Shown here one piece after another: positions 21,075 to 30,122 of a stretch of DNA of 64,000 nt (within the stretch, counting starts at the first letter, position 1; each line of letters begins with the position of its first letter). The stretch lies in IMG/VR virus record IMGVR_UViG_3300008108_000039, positions 103,480-167,479 of that record; one strand, 5' to 3'. Made by a program: the position numbers and the translations under genes. This DNA comes from a virus. The notes under the pieces were generated by a model. The model did no database searches. It was not told the origin of the DNA and was given only the letters and a program-made list of their open reading frames with translations.

Positions 21075-21556
21075 TGGTTGTTTTCAATAAATATCCACTT
21101 AGGTGTATTTCCTAATTTTTTCCAATTTAATCCTTTAATAGCAATTTTATCTTTTACATAAAAATTACGATATGCTTTAATAGTATCACCCATTTTATAT
21201 TCATCAGGCATACATTGTGGTGGAGGTATAAATTCTTTATTGGGAAGATTGGGTTCATTGTCACGAAGCCATGTAAGAACTTCTTGAGTTTTATGAGGTT
21301 TACCATAACGTTTAGTAAATTCTTTACAAATTTCTAAACCATGTTGTACAAGCCAGCGGTAATGTTGTATAGATTCACGTACCCATTTAGTAGATGGGTG
21401 ATTAACGTGAGCACGCTTATAAGGTGCTTGTGAACCTGATTCCCAATGTGCTGTTGAGCACATTTGAGCGGATTCAATTTGCATTTTACGAATATGATCG
21501 TCTGCTAGTTGTTGGGCGGCTGATATTGGGTCAGCGCAAATATAAAATATATTCAT
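21071..21556 (-). CDS. Pyrimidine-dimer DNA glycosylase (DenV-related family)
   Basis: MNIF, DHIRKMQIESAQM, HVNHPSTKW, EFTKRYGKPH, PQCMPDEY, AYRNFY. Confidence 0.85.
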   Translation of the reverse strand: MNIFYICADPISAAQQLADDHIRKMQIESAQMCSTAHWESGSQAPYKRAHVNHPSTKWVRESIQHYRWLVQHGLEICKEFTKRYGKPHKTQEVLTWLRDNEPNLPNKEFIPPPQCMPDEYKMGDTIKAYRNFYVKDKIAIKGLNWKKLGNTPKWIFIENNQ

Positions 21557-21560
21557 ACAA

Positions 21561-21584
21561 TAAATGTATGAAGATTACTTTGCC
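21561..21584 (-). promoter_or_regulatory. Class-II promoter motif G(T/G)CAAA-N10-TACATTTA (representative copy)
   Basis: Related copies at about 18723, 33401, 42609, 62468, 62805, 63184 and 63561, all upstream of non-structural genes. Confidence 0.65.
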
Positions 21585-21594
21585 TTTTTAAATA

Positions 21595-22233
21595 TTATAA
21601 CACATTATACTCATTATTACCAATTTTTAAATTAGTAATTGTATTTAAATTTACTATTCTATAAGCACGTTTTGGGATATCAAATACAGGAATTAATCCT
21701 TTAGCAGCCGCATCATAAGGTAATTCACCACCTTTAAGATATGCTTTAACACCTAAACGAGCATTCATTACACGTGTTGTACCATCTTTTTTAATAAAAG
21801 TTACTGTAAAAAATTTACCTTTGGTATCTCTAATTAATTGCTCTGCTTGTTCTTTATTAATAGAACCAGGAGGAGTTTCAGGAGTTGGTGCTTCTTCTGG
21901 AGTTGGTTCATCTGATGTTTCTTGAGGGACTTCTTCATCTTGTTCATTAACAATTCCTGCTAATTTTTGTAAACGTTTAGCCTCAGGAACTAATTGTTCA
22001 AAGTCATCATTTATATCTAAATAAAAGGTATCTTTAACACCTTTAGAATTGGATAAATGTAATTCAACATCATTTCCAAAAGGAAGTATATCATCAACAC
22101 TAACTTTTTCACCTTCTTTAAAATTACCTATATCCCCAGATAATGTAAATGTTTCTCCTACTGTAAGAGAAGTAGCTTTTACTTCATTTAGATATTGTTT
22201 TATTTTTTGAATTCCATTAAAAATTTTTTTCAT
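21595..22233 (-). CDS. Multi-part protein with C-terminal SH3/WYL-like beta-barrel domain
   Basis: GKFFTVTFIKKDGTTRVMN...VFDIPKRAYR at the C-terminus; internal RLQKLAGIVNE motif followed by an acidic linker. Confidence 0.65.
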   Translation of the reverse strand: MKKIFNGIQKIKQYLNEVKATSLTVGETFTLSGDIGNFKEGEKVSVDDILPFGNDVELHLSNSKGVKDTFYLDINDDFEQLVPEAKRLQKLAGIVNEQDEEVPQETSDEPTPEEAPTPETPPGSINKEQAEQLIRDTKGKFFTVTFIKKDGTTRVMNARLGVKAYLKGGELPYDAAAKGLIPVFDIPKRAYRIVNLNTITNLKIGNNEYNVL

Positions 22234-22242
22234 ACATTTATG

Positions 22243-22785
22243 TTATATTTGTGGAACTTCTTCTTCAGGAGATGGAACTTCAGGGGATGGTATTTCAGGA
22301 GCTGCTGTTTCAGGTGATGGTGGTTCGGAAGCTGATGATATATCTGCTGCTAATTCTGCGTTTTTAGTAGGAGATGATGCTCCTTTTGATGATTGTTGAA
22401 TTTCTTCTTTAGGAGCATAATTTAATTCTAATAAATTAACTATAGCTTGAGAAGCCCTTTCAGATTCTCCTACATTGTCAGGATGATATTTTTTACCAGC
22501 TATTTTAGCTGTGTAATTACCACTACCAGCATAATAAATTGTAAAATCTTGACCATTAATAAGATCAATTTTAAATGTAGTTGGTTTTGGTGCTATAACA
22601 CTAACACTTGATATATAACGACCAAATGAAGGAGACATTAATTCTTCTATAGTTTTTTTCAATCCGGGAAAACGATATATTAGATACATTGCTTTAGTAG
22701 CTTTCTTTTCTTTAGCTTCTTGTTCAGCTAAAGCTTTACGAACTGCTACTTTAATGTATTTTTCTAATAATAATTTTTTATTCAT
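22243..22785 (-). CDS. Hypothetical putative internal head protein
   Basis: Leader [16 protein letters not shown]; Pro/Glu-rich tail ([13 protein letters not shown]). Confidence 0.7.
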   Translation of the reverse strand: MNKKLLLEKYIKVAVRKALAEQEAKEKKATKAMYLIYRFPGLKKTIEELMSPSFGRYISSVSVIAPKPTTFKIDLINGQDFTIYYAGSGNYTAKIAGKKYHPDNVGESERASQAIVNLLELNYAPKEEIQQSSKGASSPTKNAELAADISSASEPPSPETAAPEIPSPEVPSPEEEVPQI

Positions 22786-23062
22786 TTTTTTTCAATTCAG
22801 ATACTAAAGTCTCAATAAATGGTTTAAAAAGACGAGTGCCATAATCTTTTTTAAGAATATTAGCTACGGCAATAGCAAAATCTTCATATGATGTATCTTC
22901 AGCAATATCTATTGATACTTCTTCTTTTAAATTTTTAGCTATTGCTTTGCGACGTGCAGAAAGATATTTATCTGTTTTGTTAGTTTTTCCATCATTATTA
23001 ATATCAGCATCTTCTTGACCTACTGAATCAAGTTTTTCTAATATGTCAACAAGTTTAATCAT
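22778..23062 (-). CDS. Hypothetical protein with MIKLVDILE leader and DINNDG motif
   Basis: [25 protein letters not shown], an EF-hand-like loop motif recognisable from T4-like phage proteins. Confidence 0.7.
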   Translation of the reverse strand: MIKLVDILEKLDSVGQEDADINNDGKTNKTDKYLSARRKAIAKNLKEEVSIDIAEDTSYEDFAIAVANILKKDYGTRLFKPFIETLVSELKKNE

Positions 23063-23067
23063 TGCTA

Positions 23068-23556
23068 TTATTTTTTAACTGCTGGTTTCTTTTTGCTGTC
23101 TTCAGCTTTCGGTGTAATTTCCTCTTTGTCTTCAGCTTTAGGTTCGTCTTTTTTAGTAGGAGCTTTTTTACCGTCTTTTTTAGTAGGAGCTTTTTTATCT
23201 TTCTTAGCTTTTTCGATAAGACCCATCATTTCTTTGATCTTTTCAGTTTCAGAAGCTACTTTACCTTCTACTTCAGAGATTTGACCATCAAGCATTTCAG
23301 CTAATTTACTATGAGCAGTTTTAATTTTTTCTAATTCGTTTACGAATTTTTGCATATGAGCATATTCGGCTACAAATCCTGACTGTTCGCCACCTTCAGT
23401 AATTTGATATTGACCTAAAGATTCTCTCATACTTTTTAAACTTTTTAATTCTTTTTTAAGGTGTACTAACTTTCCACCACTTTTAGGTAATCCACCTTTT
23501 TCCATTGCTTCTGCAAGTACTTGGCGAATAACTTTACGCACTTCTGTAATATTCAT
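23068..23556 (-). CDS. Hypothetical coiled-coil protein with Lys-rich tail
   Basis: Leader [11 protein letters not shown]; KKAPTKKD repeated twice in the tail. Confidence 0.7.
   Translation of the reverse strand: MNITEVRKVIRQVLAEAMEKGGLPKSGGKLVHLKKELKSLKSMRESLGQYQITEGGEQSGFVAEYAHMQKFVNELEKIKTAHSKLAEMLDGQISEVEGKVASETEKIKEMMGLIEKAKKDKKAPTKKDGKKAPTKKDEPKAEDKEEITPKAEDSKKKPAVKK
23145..23197. repeat. 27-nt tandem duplication within CDS
   Basis: CGTCTTTTTTAGTAGGAGCTTTTTTA occurs twice with a 27-nt period. Confidence 0.85.
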
Positions 23557-23595
23557 AATTTGGGTTTTAATTGTTTATGTATATAAATATGTTAA

Positions 23596-24624
23596 TTAGT
23601 TTAAATCTTCAAGACCTGTATCGTCTTTAGTTAAGTCTCTAGCAATGTCGCGCATTGTATCATTTGCCCATTTTCTTTGTAAGGGCATTAACTTATTATT
23701 AATGGCATTTTCAACAAATGGAAAAAATTCATCATCAGATAATTTGTATATTTCTGTAAAAAATAAATCACGTACGCGAGCGTCATCTATATTACTATCA
23801 GCATATATTTTAGTTAAAGCATCAAATATAAATTTACCATATTGTAAATCACGTGGTTCATTCGATACTTTATCTACAGCTCCTATAATAGATTTATTCT
23901 GTTCTCTATCACGACCAAATCCTTGTGTACCCATAATTTCATACAATCCTTTAATAATTTCATGTACTAACATAGGAAAACATAACGCACGAGCTTTAAT
24001 TACAAATTGTTCTTCTTGTTCATCATATTCCATTTCACTTTCTCCACCTTGTATTTTTTGTCCTTGTGCTAATAATGCTAACAACATAGCAATAGCATCT
24101 TCATTATCATATATACCAAAAGCTAATTTTAATACTTCATTGTATTTACTTACTAATTCAGGATTAATTTGATCTAAGTATTCTTTAAACATTAAAAACC
24201 AAAATGAACCTCTAACAGAAGCACCTTGAGTAATACCATTAATAATACGGCGTTTTGCTTTTAGTTTTTCAGGATTACCTTCACCAAAATTAGGGGATGC
24301 AGGATCTTCCTGAGGTGGAGGTTGTTGTAGTTTAAATTCTCCTTGAGATGTAACTATTTTAGCATCAATTTTAATATTAGCATAGTCTATAATAGGAAAA
24401 GCATCAGTTACCATCTGTGCTGCTACCATTTCAAGTTCATCACGATATCCATCTTCGGCAGTCATTATTTCATCTAATACTTCTTGAGTACGTGTCATTA
24501 CCTGTATTAAATCTTTATTTCCAAGTAATTGACGTAAAGAATCACCTGACTTTCCTTTTAGGGAAGCCATAGTTTCAGGTGAAAATATATCTTCGTATTC
24601 TACTTCTAATAAACGTTTTGACAT
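23596..24624 (-). CDS. Hypothetical protein
   Basis: 342-aa ORF with KRRIINGITQG and FPMLVHEIIKGLYE (HE..K, zincin-like but lacking the second His). Confidence 0.75.
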   Translation of the reverse strand: MSKRLLEVEYEDIFSPETMASLKGKSGDSLRQLLGNKDLIQVMTRTQEVLDEIMTAEDGYRDELEMVAAQMVTDAFPIIDYANIKIDAKIVTSQGEFKLQQPPPQEDPASPNFGEGNPEKLKAKRRIINGITQGASVRGSFWFLMFKEYLDQINPELVSKYNEVLKLAFGIYDNEDAIAMLLALLAQGQKIQGGESEMEYDEQEEQFVIKARALCFPMLVHEIIKGLYEIMGTQGFGRDREQNKSIIGAVDKVSNEPRDLQYGKFIFDALTKIYADSNIDDARVRDLFFTEIYKLSDDEFFPFVENAINNKLMPLQRKWANDTMRDIARDLTKDDTGLEDLN

Positions 24625-24872
24625 TATTTATTTTTAGATTGATATCTATTTGCAATTTTATTAACTACTTGCTCTGCTTGTCCTTCAGCTTTAGGAGAAG
24701 GATTAGCACCCGGTTTAGGTTCAAAAGGACGACGAGGTTTTGGCTTACCTGTATCGGGTTTACCTGGGGCAACTGTAGGATTAGTTTTAGGTTTTGAAGG
24801 AGCCGGTTGGTTTTCAGCTAATGCTTTTTCTATCATTTCACGAATAATATCTTTTAGTTCATTTGTTTTCAT
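24624..24872 (-). CDS. Small Pro/Lys-rich protein with leader motif
   Basis: MKTNELKDIIREMIEKALAE followed by a P/K-rich tract. The start is probably the second Met. Confidence 0.65.
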   Translation of the reverse strand: MKTNELKDIIREMIEKALAENQPAPSKPKTNPTVAPGKPDTGKPKPRRPFEPKPGANPSPKAEGQAEQVVNKIANRYQSKNK

Positions 24873-27480
24873 TTTGTTTCTTTTTTTCATTTATATGTTT
24901 ACGAAGTAATTGTCTAAATTCACTTAGATGATGAGGATTACGATCAAAATATTCATTCACAATATATTGATGAAGTTCTGCCAAAAGATTTCTTTGTCTT
25001 AAAGCATTTAATAATTCAGATGGTGAACCTAATCCAATAGCATTATCTGGTGTAACAATATAATGTGAATTTCCTGGTTGTAATACTACTGAAGCTATAA
25101 GAGGACCATCATTTAAACGAATAATATAAATAGCATTATTTCCATTTTCAAATACTCTTCTAACACTACCATTAGCTCCTAATAAATTTTGACGACGAGA
25201 TGCACCTCTATTATTTGTTACTGGTACTTCTTCAAAAGAAGTTGGAAATCTTCTAAGTACTCTTTGACCAAGAGCATTAAATCCAGGAGTTAAATTATAA
25301 GCTTGTGCTATTTGTCCTAATGAAGTTCCTCCTTCTATTGGAGCAGCTTGTGGACGAGGAGCATTTGGTTGACCTGCTGGTCTACCTCTTCCCGCTCTAA
25401 CTGCAGCATTAGCTTGAGCTGCTGCTTGACCAGGAACTTGTCTTGGTCCTAATAATTGTGCTGCTAGTGATGAAGGTACATTTGCTTTAACTAATTTACC
25501 TGATTGATCTGATATTTTATAGCTACTACTTGGATTATTAACATTAATAAGTAAAGCAGTATCTCCATTCATAGCAGGTTTATATGGACCATCAGTTATT
25601 GGAGGATTATTAGCTATAAAGGCTCTTTTAGATTCAATAGTCATTGGAGATCTTTCATTACCTAATAATGTTAATAAATCATTATTGTTATAAGCTTGGT
25701 TTGTGGCTCTTAGATAAATAAAATAAGATTTCCAATCATTTTCACTTAGACTTTGAGAGTGTCTATTAGCTTTTCTCCAATCACCATCACTACCATAACT
25801 CCTAGATAATCTTTGTTGACGAGGATTTACTGTAGCTGGCATAAGTATAAAAGGAGATACTGGATCTGTTGTAGTTAATATAACATCACCATCAATTATT
25901 CTTTTACTATAAGGAATAGCCTTAATAACATTTATTAAAGCATCTTTATCTATTGTTTTAGGAATAACACCATAATATTTATTAAATAAATTTAATGCAT
26001 TTTGTTGGAATCCTTCATTATCTTTCTGTCCAGCAAACACTGCTTGTACATCTTCATTATCAAATGATACTTGTTTAAGTTTACCATCTTCTATTTTATA
26101 TGAAGTAAATGAATTAGAATCTAATATAATATTATCTTTTACAATAACAGCTGAATCAGGATCTGTTTTTGCTTTATCTATTACTTTATCTACTATTTCT
26201 TTATCTATAACTTCATCCTGTGTTAATTTAATTAAAATTTTTAAAGGAATTTTATCTAGTTCTGAGTAGTCAAGTAAATATTTAGATGTACGTTTATTTA
26301 ATTTAATATTAGGATATTCATCATCTTCAGTATACAATCCTACTTTTATATCATCTTCTAATGTTAATAAAACAATAGCTTTATTATCTTTAGTTACATA
26401 CAATCTTTGATATTGATTAAGATTTATTTTATTAGTCTTTACAAGATATTTTTTAAGATCAAAAGTTGAATCTCCATCAAGTATATTTAAATTAAAATTA
26501 CTTCTTATTAAAGAAGCAATAGATAATTGATCTTGTTTAGAAAATTTATCTATATATTTTATTAATGTTTCTATATCAATAATACCTTCTGTTGTTGCTA
26601 TCATATTAGCAATTTGAGGGTATTGGGGTAAATATTTTAAAATAAAAACATCGTTACTTATATCACTAAACAATCTATCTAATCCTGATCTAACAATTAG
26701 GTATTGTTTTTTAGTATTGAATGGCTCTTTCATCCATTGTTTAATACTAATAGGATTATTTTTAAATAATTCACTTTCTTTTTCTTTTTTAGAAAAAGGA
26801 ATATATTTTAAAATATTTTTTACATTAGGAATATCTTTTAACCAAGGAACTCTACTATTTAATTCTTCCCAACCAAATGGACCTTCCATTCCTGGGCTAT
26901 TATTTCTATTGGTAAATTTATATGTTCCATTATCTAATACTTGTAAAGCAACAAAACTTAATTTATTACTATCAGATAAATTGTTATTTTTAGCTAAATA
27001 AAATGTTGGATAATTATATGAAGCACCATATCTATATTTACCCCAATAACTCCCTCCAGGAGTTGTAATACACCATTTAGTTCCACCTGGTGTTTTTTGA
27101 GAGGCTCCATAAGTAATGCAATTACCTTGTTTAGCACCATTCCAAATAGTAATACCATTATCGTTGTATACTACATCTGGTGTTTGATCTTCATCCTCAT
27201 CATTACTTGATACTTCAGTTCCAGGTGAAGATGTTACTATTTTAATTAGTTTAGATAAAGAATATTTACGTAAATCTTTATCAGTTACTTTAGGTGAATC
27301 TTTTAATTTATCAAAACGTTCAATATATTTTTTAAGTTGTTCATCACTAACTTGAATATTTAAATCCTCAGCTTCTTCTTTAAATTTATTTAATAGATAT
27401 TTAATCTCACCTTCTGAGTATTCATTCAATGGAAAGAGATTATGTACAACGTGTAATATAAATTTATCTATTGGTTTCAT
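24859..27480 (-). CDS. Large hypothetical protein with GTKWCI (PcfJ-like) motif and AT-hook-like GRGRP
   Basis: 873-aa ORF with CITYG...GTKWCIT...YW..Y and RAGRGRPAG. Confidence 0.7.
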   Translation of the reverse strand: MKPIDKFILHVVHNLFPLNEYSEGEIKYLLNKFKEEAEDLNIQVSDEQLKKYIERFDKLKDSPKVTDKDLRKYSLSKLIKIVTSSPGTEVSSNDEDEDQTPDVVYNDNGITIWNGAKQGNCITYGASQKTPGGTKWCITTPGGSYWGKYRYGASYNYPTFYLAKNNNLSDSNKLSFVALQVLDNGTYKFTNRNNSPGMEGPFGWEELNSRVPWLKDIPNVKNILKYIPFSKKEKESELFKNNPISIKQWMKEPFNTKKQYLIVRSGLDRLFSDISNDVFILKYLPQYPQIANMIATTEGIIDIETLIKYIDKFSKQDQLSIASLIRSNFNLNILDGDSTFDLKKYLVKTNKINLNQYQRLYVTKDNKAIVLLTLEDDIKVGLYTEDDEYPNIKLNKRTSKYLLDYSELDKIPLKILIKLTQDEVIDKEIVDKVIDKAKTDPDSAVIVKDNIILDSNSFTSYKIEDGKLKQVSFDNEDVQAVFAGQKDNEGFQQNALNLFNKYYGVIPKTIDKDALINVIKAIPYSKRIIDGDVILTTTDPVSPFILMPATVNPRQQRLSRSYGSDGDWRKANRHSQSLSENDWKSYFIYLRATNQAYNNNDLLTLLGNERSPMTIESKRAFIANNPPITDGPYKPAMNGDTALLINVNNPSSSYKISDQSGKLVKANVPSSLAAQLLGPRQVPGQAAAQANAAVRAGRGRPAGQPNAPRPQAAPIEGGTSLGQIAQAYNLTPGFNALGQRVLRRFPTSFEEVPVTNNRGASRRQNLLGANGSVRRVFENGNNAIYIIRLNDGPLIASVVLQPGNSHYIVTPDNAIGLGSPSELLNALRQRNLLAELHQYIVNEYFDRNPHHLSEFRQLLRKHINEKKKQNENK

Positions 27481-27525
27481 TCTATATGTTAAAATATAAT
27501 AATTGGTTTTTTCCGTTAATTTTGA

Positions 27526-28098
27526 TTATTTATAAATAAATTTATAACCTTTAGTTGATTTTTGACGATTAGTTAATACATTACTTATATCTCCTTGTTT
27601 TATATTTAATTGTTTTGCTGCTATAGATACTGAATCGTATATAATATTATTATTAACACACAAAATTGGTTTTCTTGTTTTTATTAAGGGTTTTCCTATT
27701 CTAATATTACTAAGATGTTTTTTAGTTTTATCTGAATACTTTGTTCCAAAGTTATGTTTATTTCCTTTTAACCTAATTTTTATTTTTTGTTTATTATTTT
27801 CAGTATGTTTAAACCCGTATGTACCTTCTCCTCCATCAGTCATATTTACTAGCGTTCCTTCATTTAAATCAGCTCTACCATATAATTTAATAAATTCAAT
27901 TTCCTTACTACACGCTTCTTCCCAAGTTAAATTATCTAATAATATTTCAACTTCATATAAAACTTGATATGCTATATCTTTCCATCTAAAACTTCTACCT
28001 CTTTTTTTATATGCTCTTTTATAAGTATTATCAGATCCTATACCAATATAAAAAGGTTCGTTTTTATCTAATCTAATATGTCTATATAGGTAGGCCAT
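27526..28098 (-). CDS. Free-standing GIY-YIG homing endonuclease with NUMOD3/NUMOD1-type tail
   Basis: YLYRH...PFYIGIG, E..FI..YGR, LVNMTDGGEG, HTENNKQKI, YDSVSIAAKQL...GYKFIY. Confidence 0.85.
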   Translation of the reverse strand: MAYLYRHIRLDKNEPFYIGIGSDNTYKRAYKKRGRSFRWKDIAYQVLYEVEILLDNLTWEEACSKEIEFIKLYGRADLNEGTLVNMTDGGEGTYGFKHTENNKQKIKIRLKGNKHNFGTKYSDKTKKHLSNIRIGKPLIKTRKPILCVNNNIIYDSVSIAAKQLNIKQGDISNVLTNRQKSTKGYKFIYK

Positions 28099-28110
28099 AA
28101 TTTATAATAT

Positions 28111-28488
28111 TTACCATTTTCTACAAGACCAATATCTAGCAGATGTGCGTGGGCCTGGATTATCACAATTATGTCTTGCTCTAAATGCTTTACGTCTTAT
28201 TGGGTTATTCTTTTTGATATTCATTCCTTTAGCACCAAAATTAACCTTTACAACTTTACCTGTTTTAGGATTTTTAACATATACCTTAAATTTCTTACTA
28301 TCACCTCGCATTGGTTTACCTAAAGGTACTGTACGTCCTTGATATTTAGCTTCTAACATACAGTCACAATCAGCTTCGTTTAATTCTTGCTGATATACTT
28401 CCATGAACTCAATAAATTCTCTTATATCTTGTTCATTTTCGACGTCATATTCTTCAATTTCTTCAAGTAATTCTAATAGCTTTATCAT
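28111..28488 (-). CDS. Hypothetical protein: MIKLLELL leader plus basic FRARH...YWSC domain
   Basis: Acidic N-terminal part, then KKFKVYVKNP...VNFG...RRKAFRARHNC...ARYWSCRKW. Confidence 0.75.
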   Translation of the reverse strand: MIKLLELLEEIEEYDVENEQDIREFIEFMEVYQQELNEADCDCMLEAKYQGRTVPLGKPMRGDSKKFKVYVKNPKTGKVVKVNFGAKGMNIKKNNPIRRKAFRARHNCDNPGPRTSARYWSCRKW

Positions 28489-28494
28489 AATATA

Positions 28495-28731
28495 TCATTT
28501 TTCATGCCACCAATCACAACAATATTCATCAGCCGGTGCCTGTATTTTAGCATCTCCATTTTTCCATTGTAACCAATACTTATTATTACACATATTACCT
28601 TTTACTTCGTGATATTCACAATTAGCACACATTGATCCACCTTTAGTTACACGCATTCCTGGTTTATGGTTTGAAGGATATTCTACTTTTCCTTCAGAAA
28701 TAAGATCTAATAATTCTGATAATCTAATCAT
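28495..28731 (-). CDS. Small Cys-rich protein, HiPIP-like cysteine pattern
   Basis: CANCEY-x7-C...YCCDWW; MIRLSELL leader. Confidence 0.55.
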   Translation of the reverse strand: MIRLSELLDLISEGKVEYPSNHKPGMRVTKGGSMCANCEYHEVKGNMCNNKYWLQWKNGDAKIQAPADEYCCDWWHEK

Positions 28732-29018
28732 AAATTACTACGTTTACCTTCGGTTAAATATTTTAATTCAGTTCTTAATGATGCTACTTCAGCTACTAGT
28801 TCTAATATTTGAGAACGCATTTCATCTTTTTCTCTTGCTGATTCTACAAGTAATGCTTCTAGTTTAGCTATACGATCTTTACAATCATGACGAATAAAAT
28901 CTTCATCACGTTCACGATGCATTGCTCTTTTTTCATAAAAACGCCAAGCTGCTGAACCTCCTAAAAATGTAATTGCTGTAATTATTACAGTGTAGATGTT
29001 TGATACTTCTGTGCTCAT
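28728..29018 (-). CDS. Single-TM coiled-coil protein, holin candidate
   Basis: N-terminal TM (VIITAITFLGGSAAW) followed by a coiled coil. Confidence 0.5.
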   Translation of the reverse strand: MSTEVSNIYTVIITAITFLGGSAAWRFYEKRAMHRERDEDFIRHDCKDRIAKLEALLVESAREKDEMRSQILELVAEVASLRTELKYLTEGKRSNL

Positions 29019-29056
29019 TGATTTACTTATATATGTATAGTTATTGCCAATAAATA

Positions 29057-29650
29057 TTAGGTATTTAATGTATCTTTTATTTCTTTAATGTATTTTTGCA
29101 AGTCTTCAATTATTTTTGTTTTATCAATAACACCCCCACGCCACTCTTCAATATCACCAGATTCAGTAACAATAGATTCTTTGGAATCTTCTAACATTAA
29201 TTCTAATAAAATATCTTCTAATTCTTTAATGTAAGTTTTTATACCATTAATATTCATGTTACGTTGATATTCTTCAAATTTTCCGTCACGTTTTAATTTA
29301 GTTTCCATTTTAATAACACAATCAAAACACATACTATGTATAGGCCACATTTTTTTATTAGTAATGTGATTTTTCATAGAATTGTTGCATTTAGGGCAAA
29401 CTATCGGTAAAATTAGTAATTTCTTAATAGAATCAAAACGAGTTACAGTTTGTTTAATACCATTTTTAATAGTCCATTTTTTTCCATCTTCTTCCCAAAT
29501 TTCACCTTCTTTACGCTCTATATATGATTTAGTATATCCTAATTGAGTTACAGTTTTGTCACCAAATTTTTTAGTAATAAGATTACGCATACGTTGTACA
29601 TCACGTTGCTTAAAATCTTTTTGTAACATAGATTCACTAGTATTTTTCAT
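29057..29650 (-). CDS. Hypothetical Zn-binding protein
   Basis: CPKC...HSMCFDC; GEIWEEDGKKWTIKNGIK. Confidence 0.7.
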   Translation of the reverse strand: MKNTSESMLQKDFKQRDVQRMRNLITKKFGDKTVTQLGYTKSYIERKEGEIWEEDGKKWTIKNGIKQTVTRFDSIKKLLILPIVCPKCNNSMKNHITNKKMWPIHSMCFDCVIKMETKLKRDGKFEEYQRNMNINGIKTYIKELEDILLELMLEDSKESIVTESGDIEEWRGGVIDKTKIIEDLQKYIKEIKDTLNT

Positions 29651-30114
29651 AACTTCAGTTTTTTAAGTTCTTTTATTGTATTGTTGGTAGATGTATGTAA
29701 TATTCCTATACCTCCCCGTTTATTCCATTCATTAATAGTTTGTTCCATATCATCTATTAATATTTTATCCGGAGCTGAGAATATTTGTTTTTCTTTTCTA
29801 GAATATAATAATAGTTTTTTATATTGATTTGGTATATGCATTTTACACCAGGCTTCTTTTCCAATCCTAGATGAGGGATTTAAGGAAGGTGCGGATAATA
29901 TATAAGGTTTATATGGTTTGATATAATCCCATAATTGTTTTCCATCAGGCATCCATTCTAAATTAGCCCACCATTGAGCTCCAGCTTTATTAATAGGTTC
30001 CCAAAAACTAGGTTTGCCATTAAATGATTTACTGGGAATAGTATCTGTTAATTCTGCATAACCTTTTTCAAAATCAACCAAAACCCCATCCATATCACAA
30101 TAAATTGTGTACAT
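29647..30114 (-). CDS. HAD-family 5'(3')-deoxyribonucleotidase
   Basis: YCDMDGVLVDF, ILSAP, GKEAW, ILIDD, EW..RGGIGI. Confidence 0.88.
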   Translation of the reverse strand: MYTIYCDMDGVLVDFEKGYAELTDTIPSKSFNGKPSFWEPINKAGAQWWANLEWMPDGKQLWDYIKPYKPYILSAPSLNPSSRIGKEAWCKMHIPNQYKKLLLYSRKEKQIFSAPDKILIDDMEQTINEWNKRGGIGILHTSTNNTIKELKKLKL

Positions 30115-30122
30115 AACTTGTT

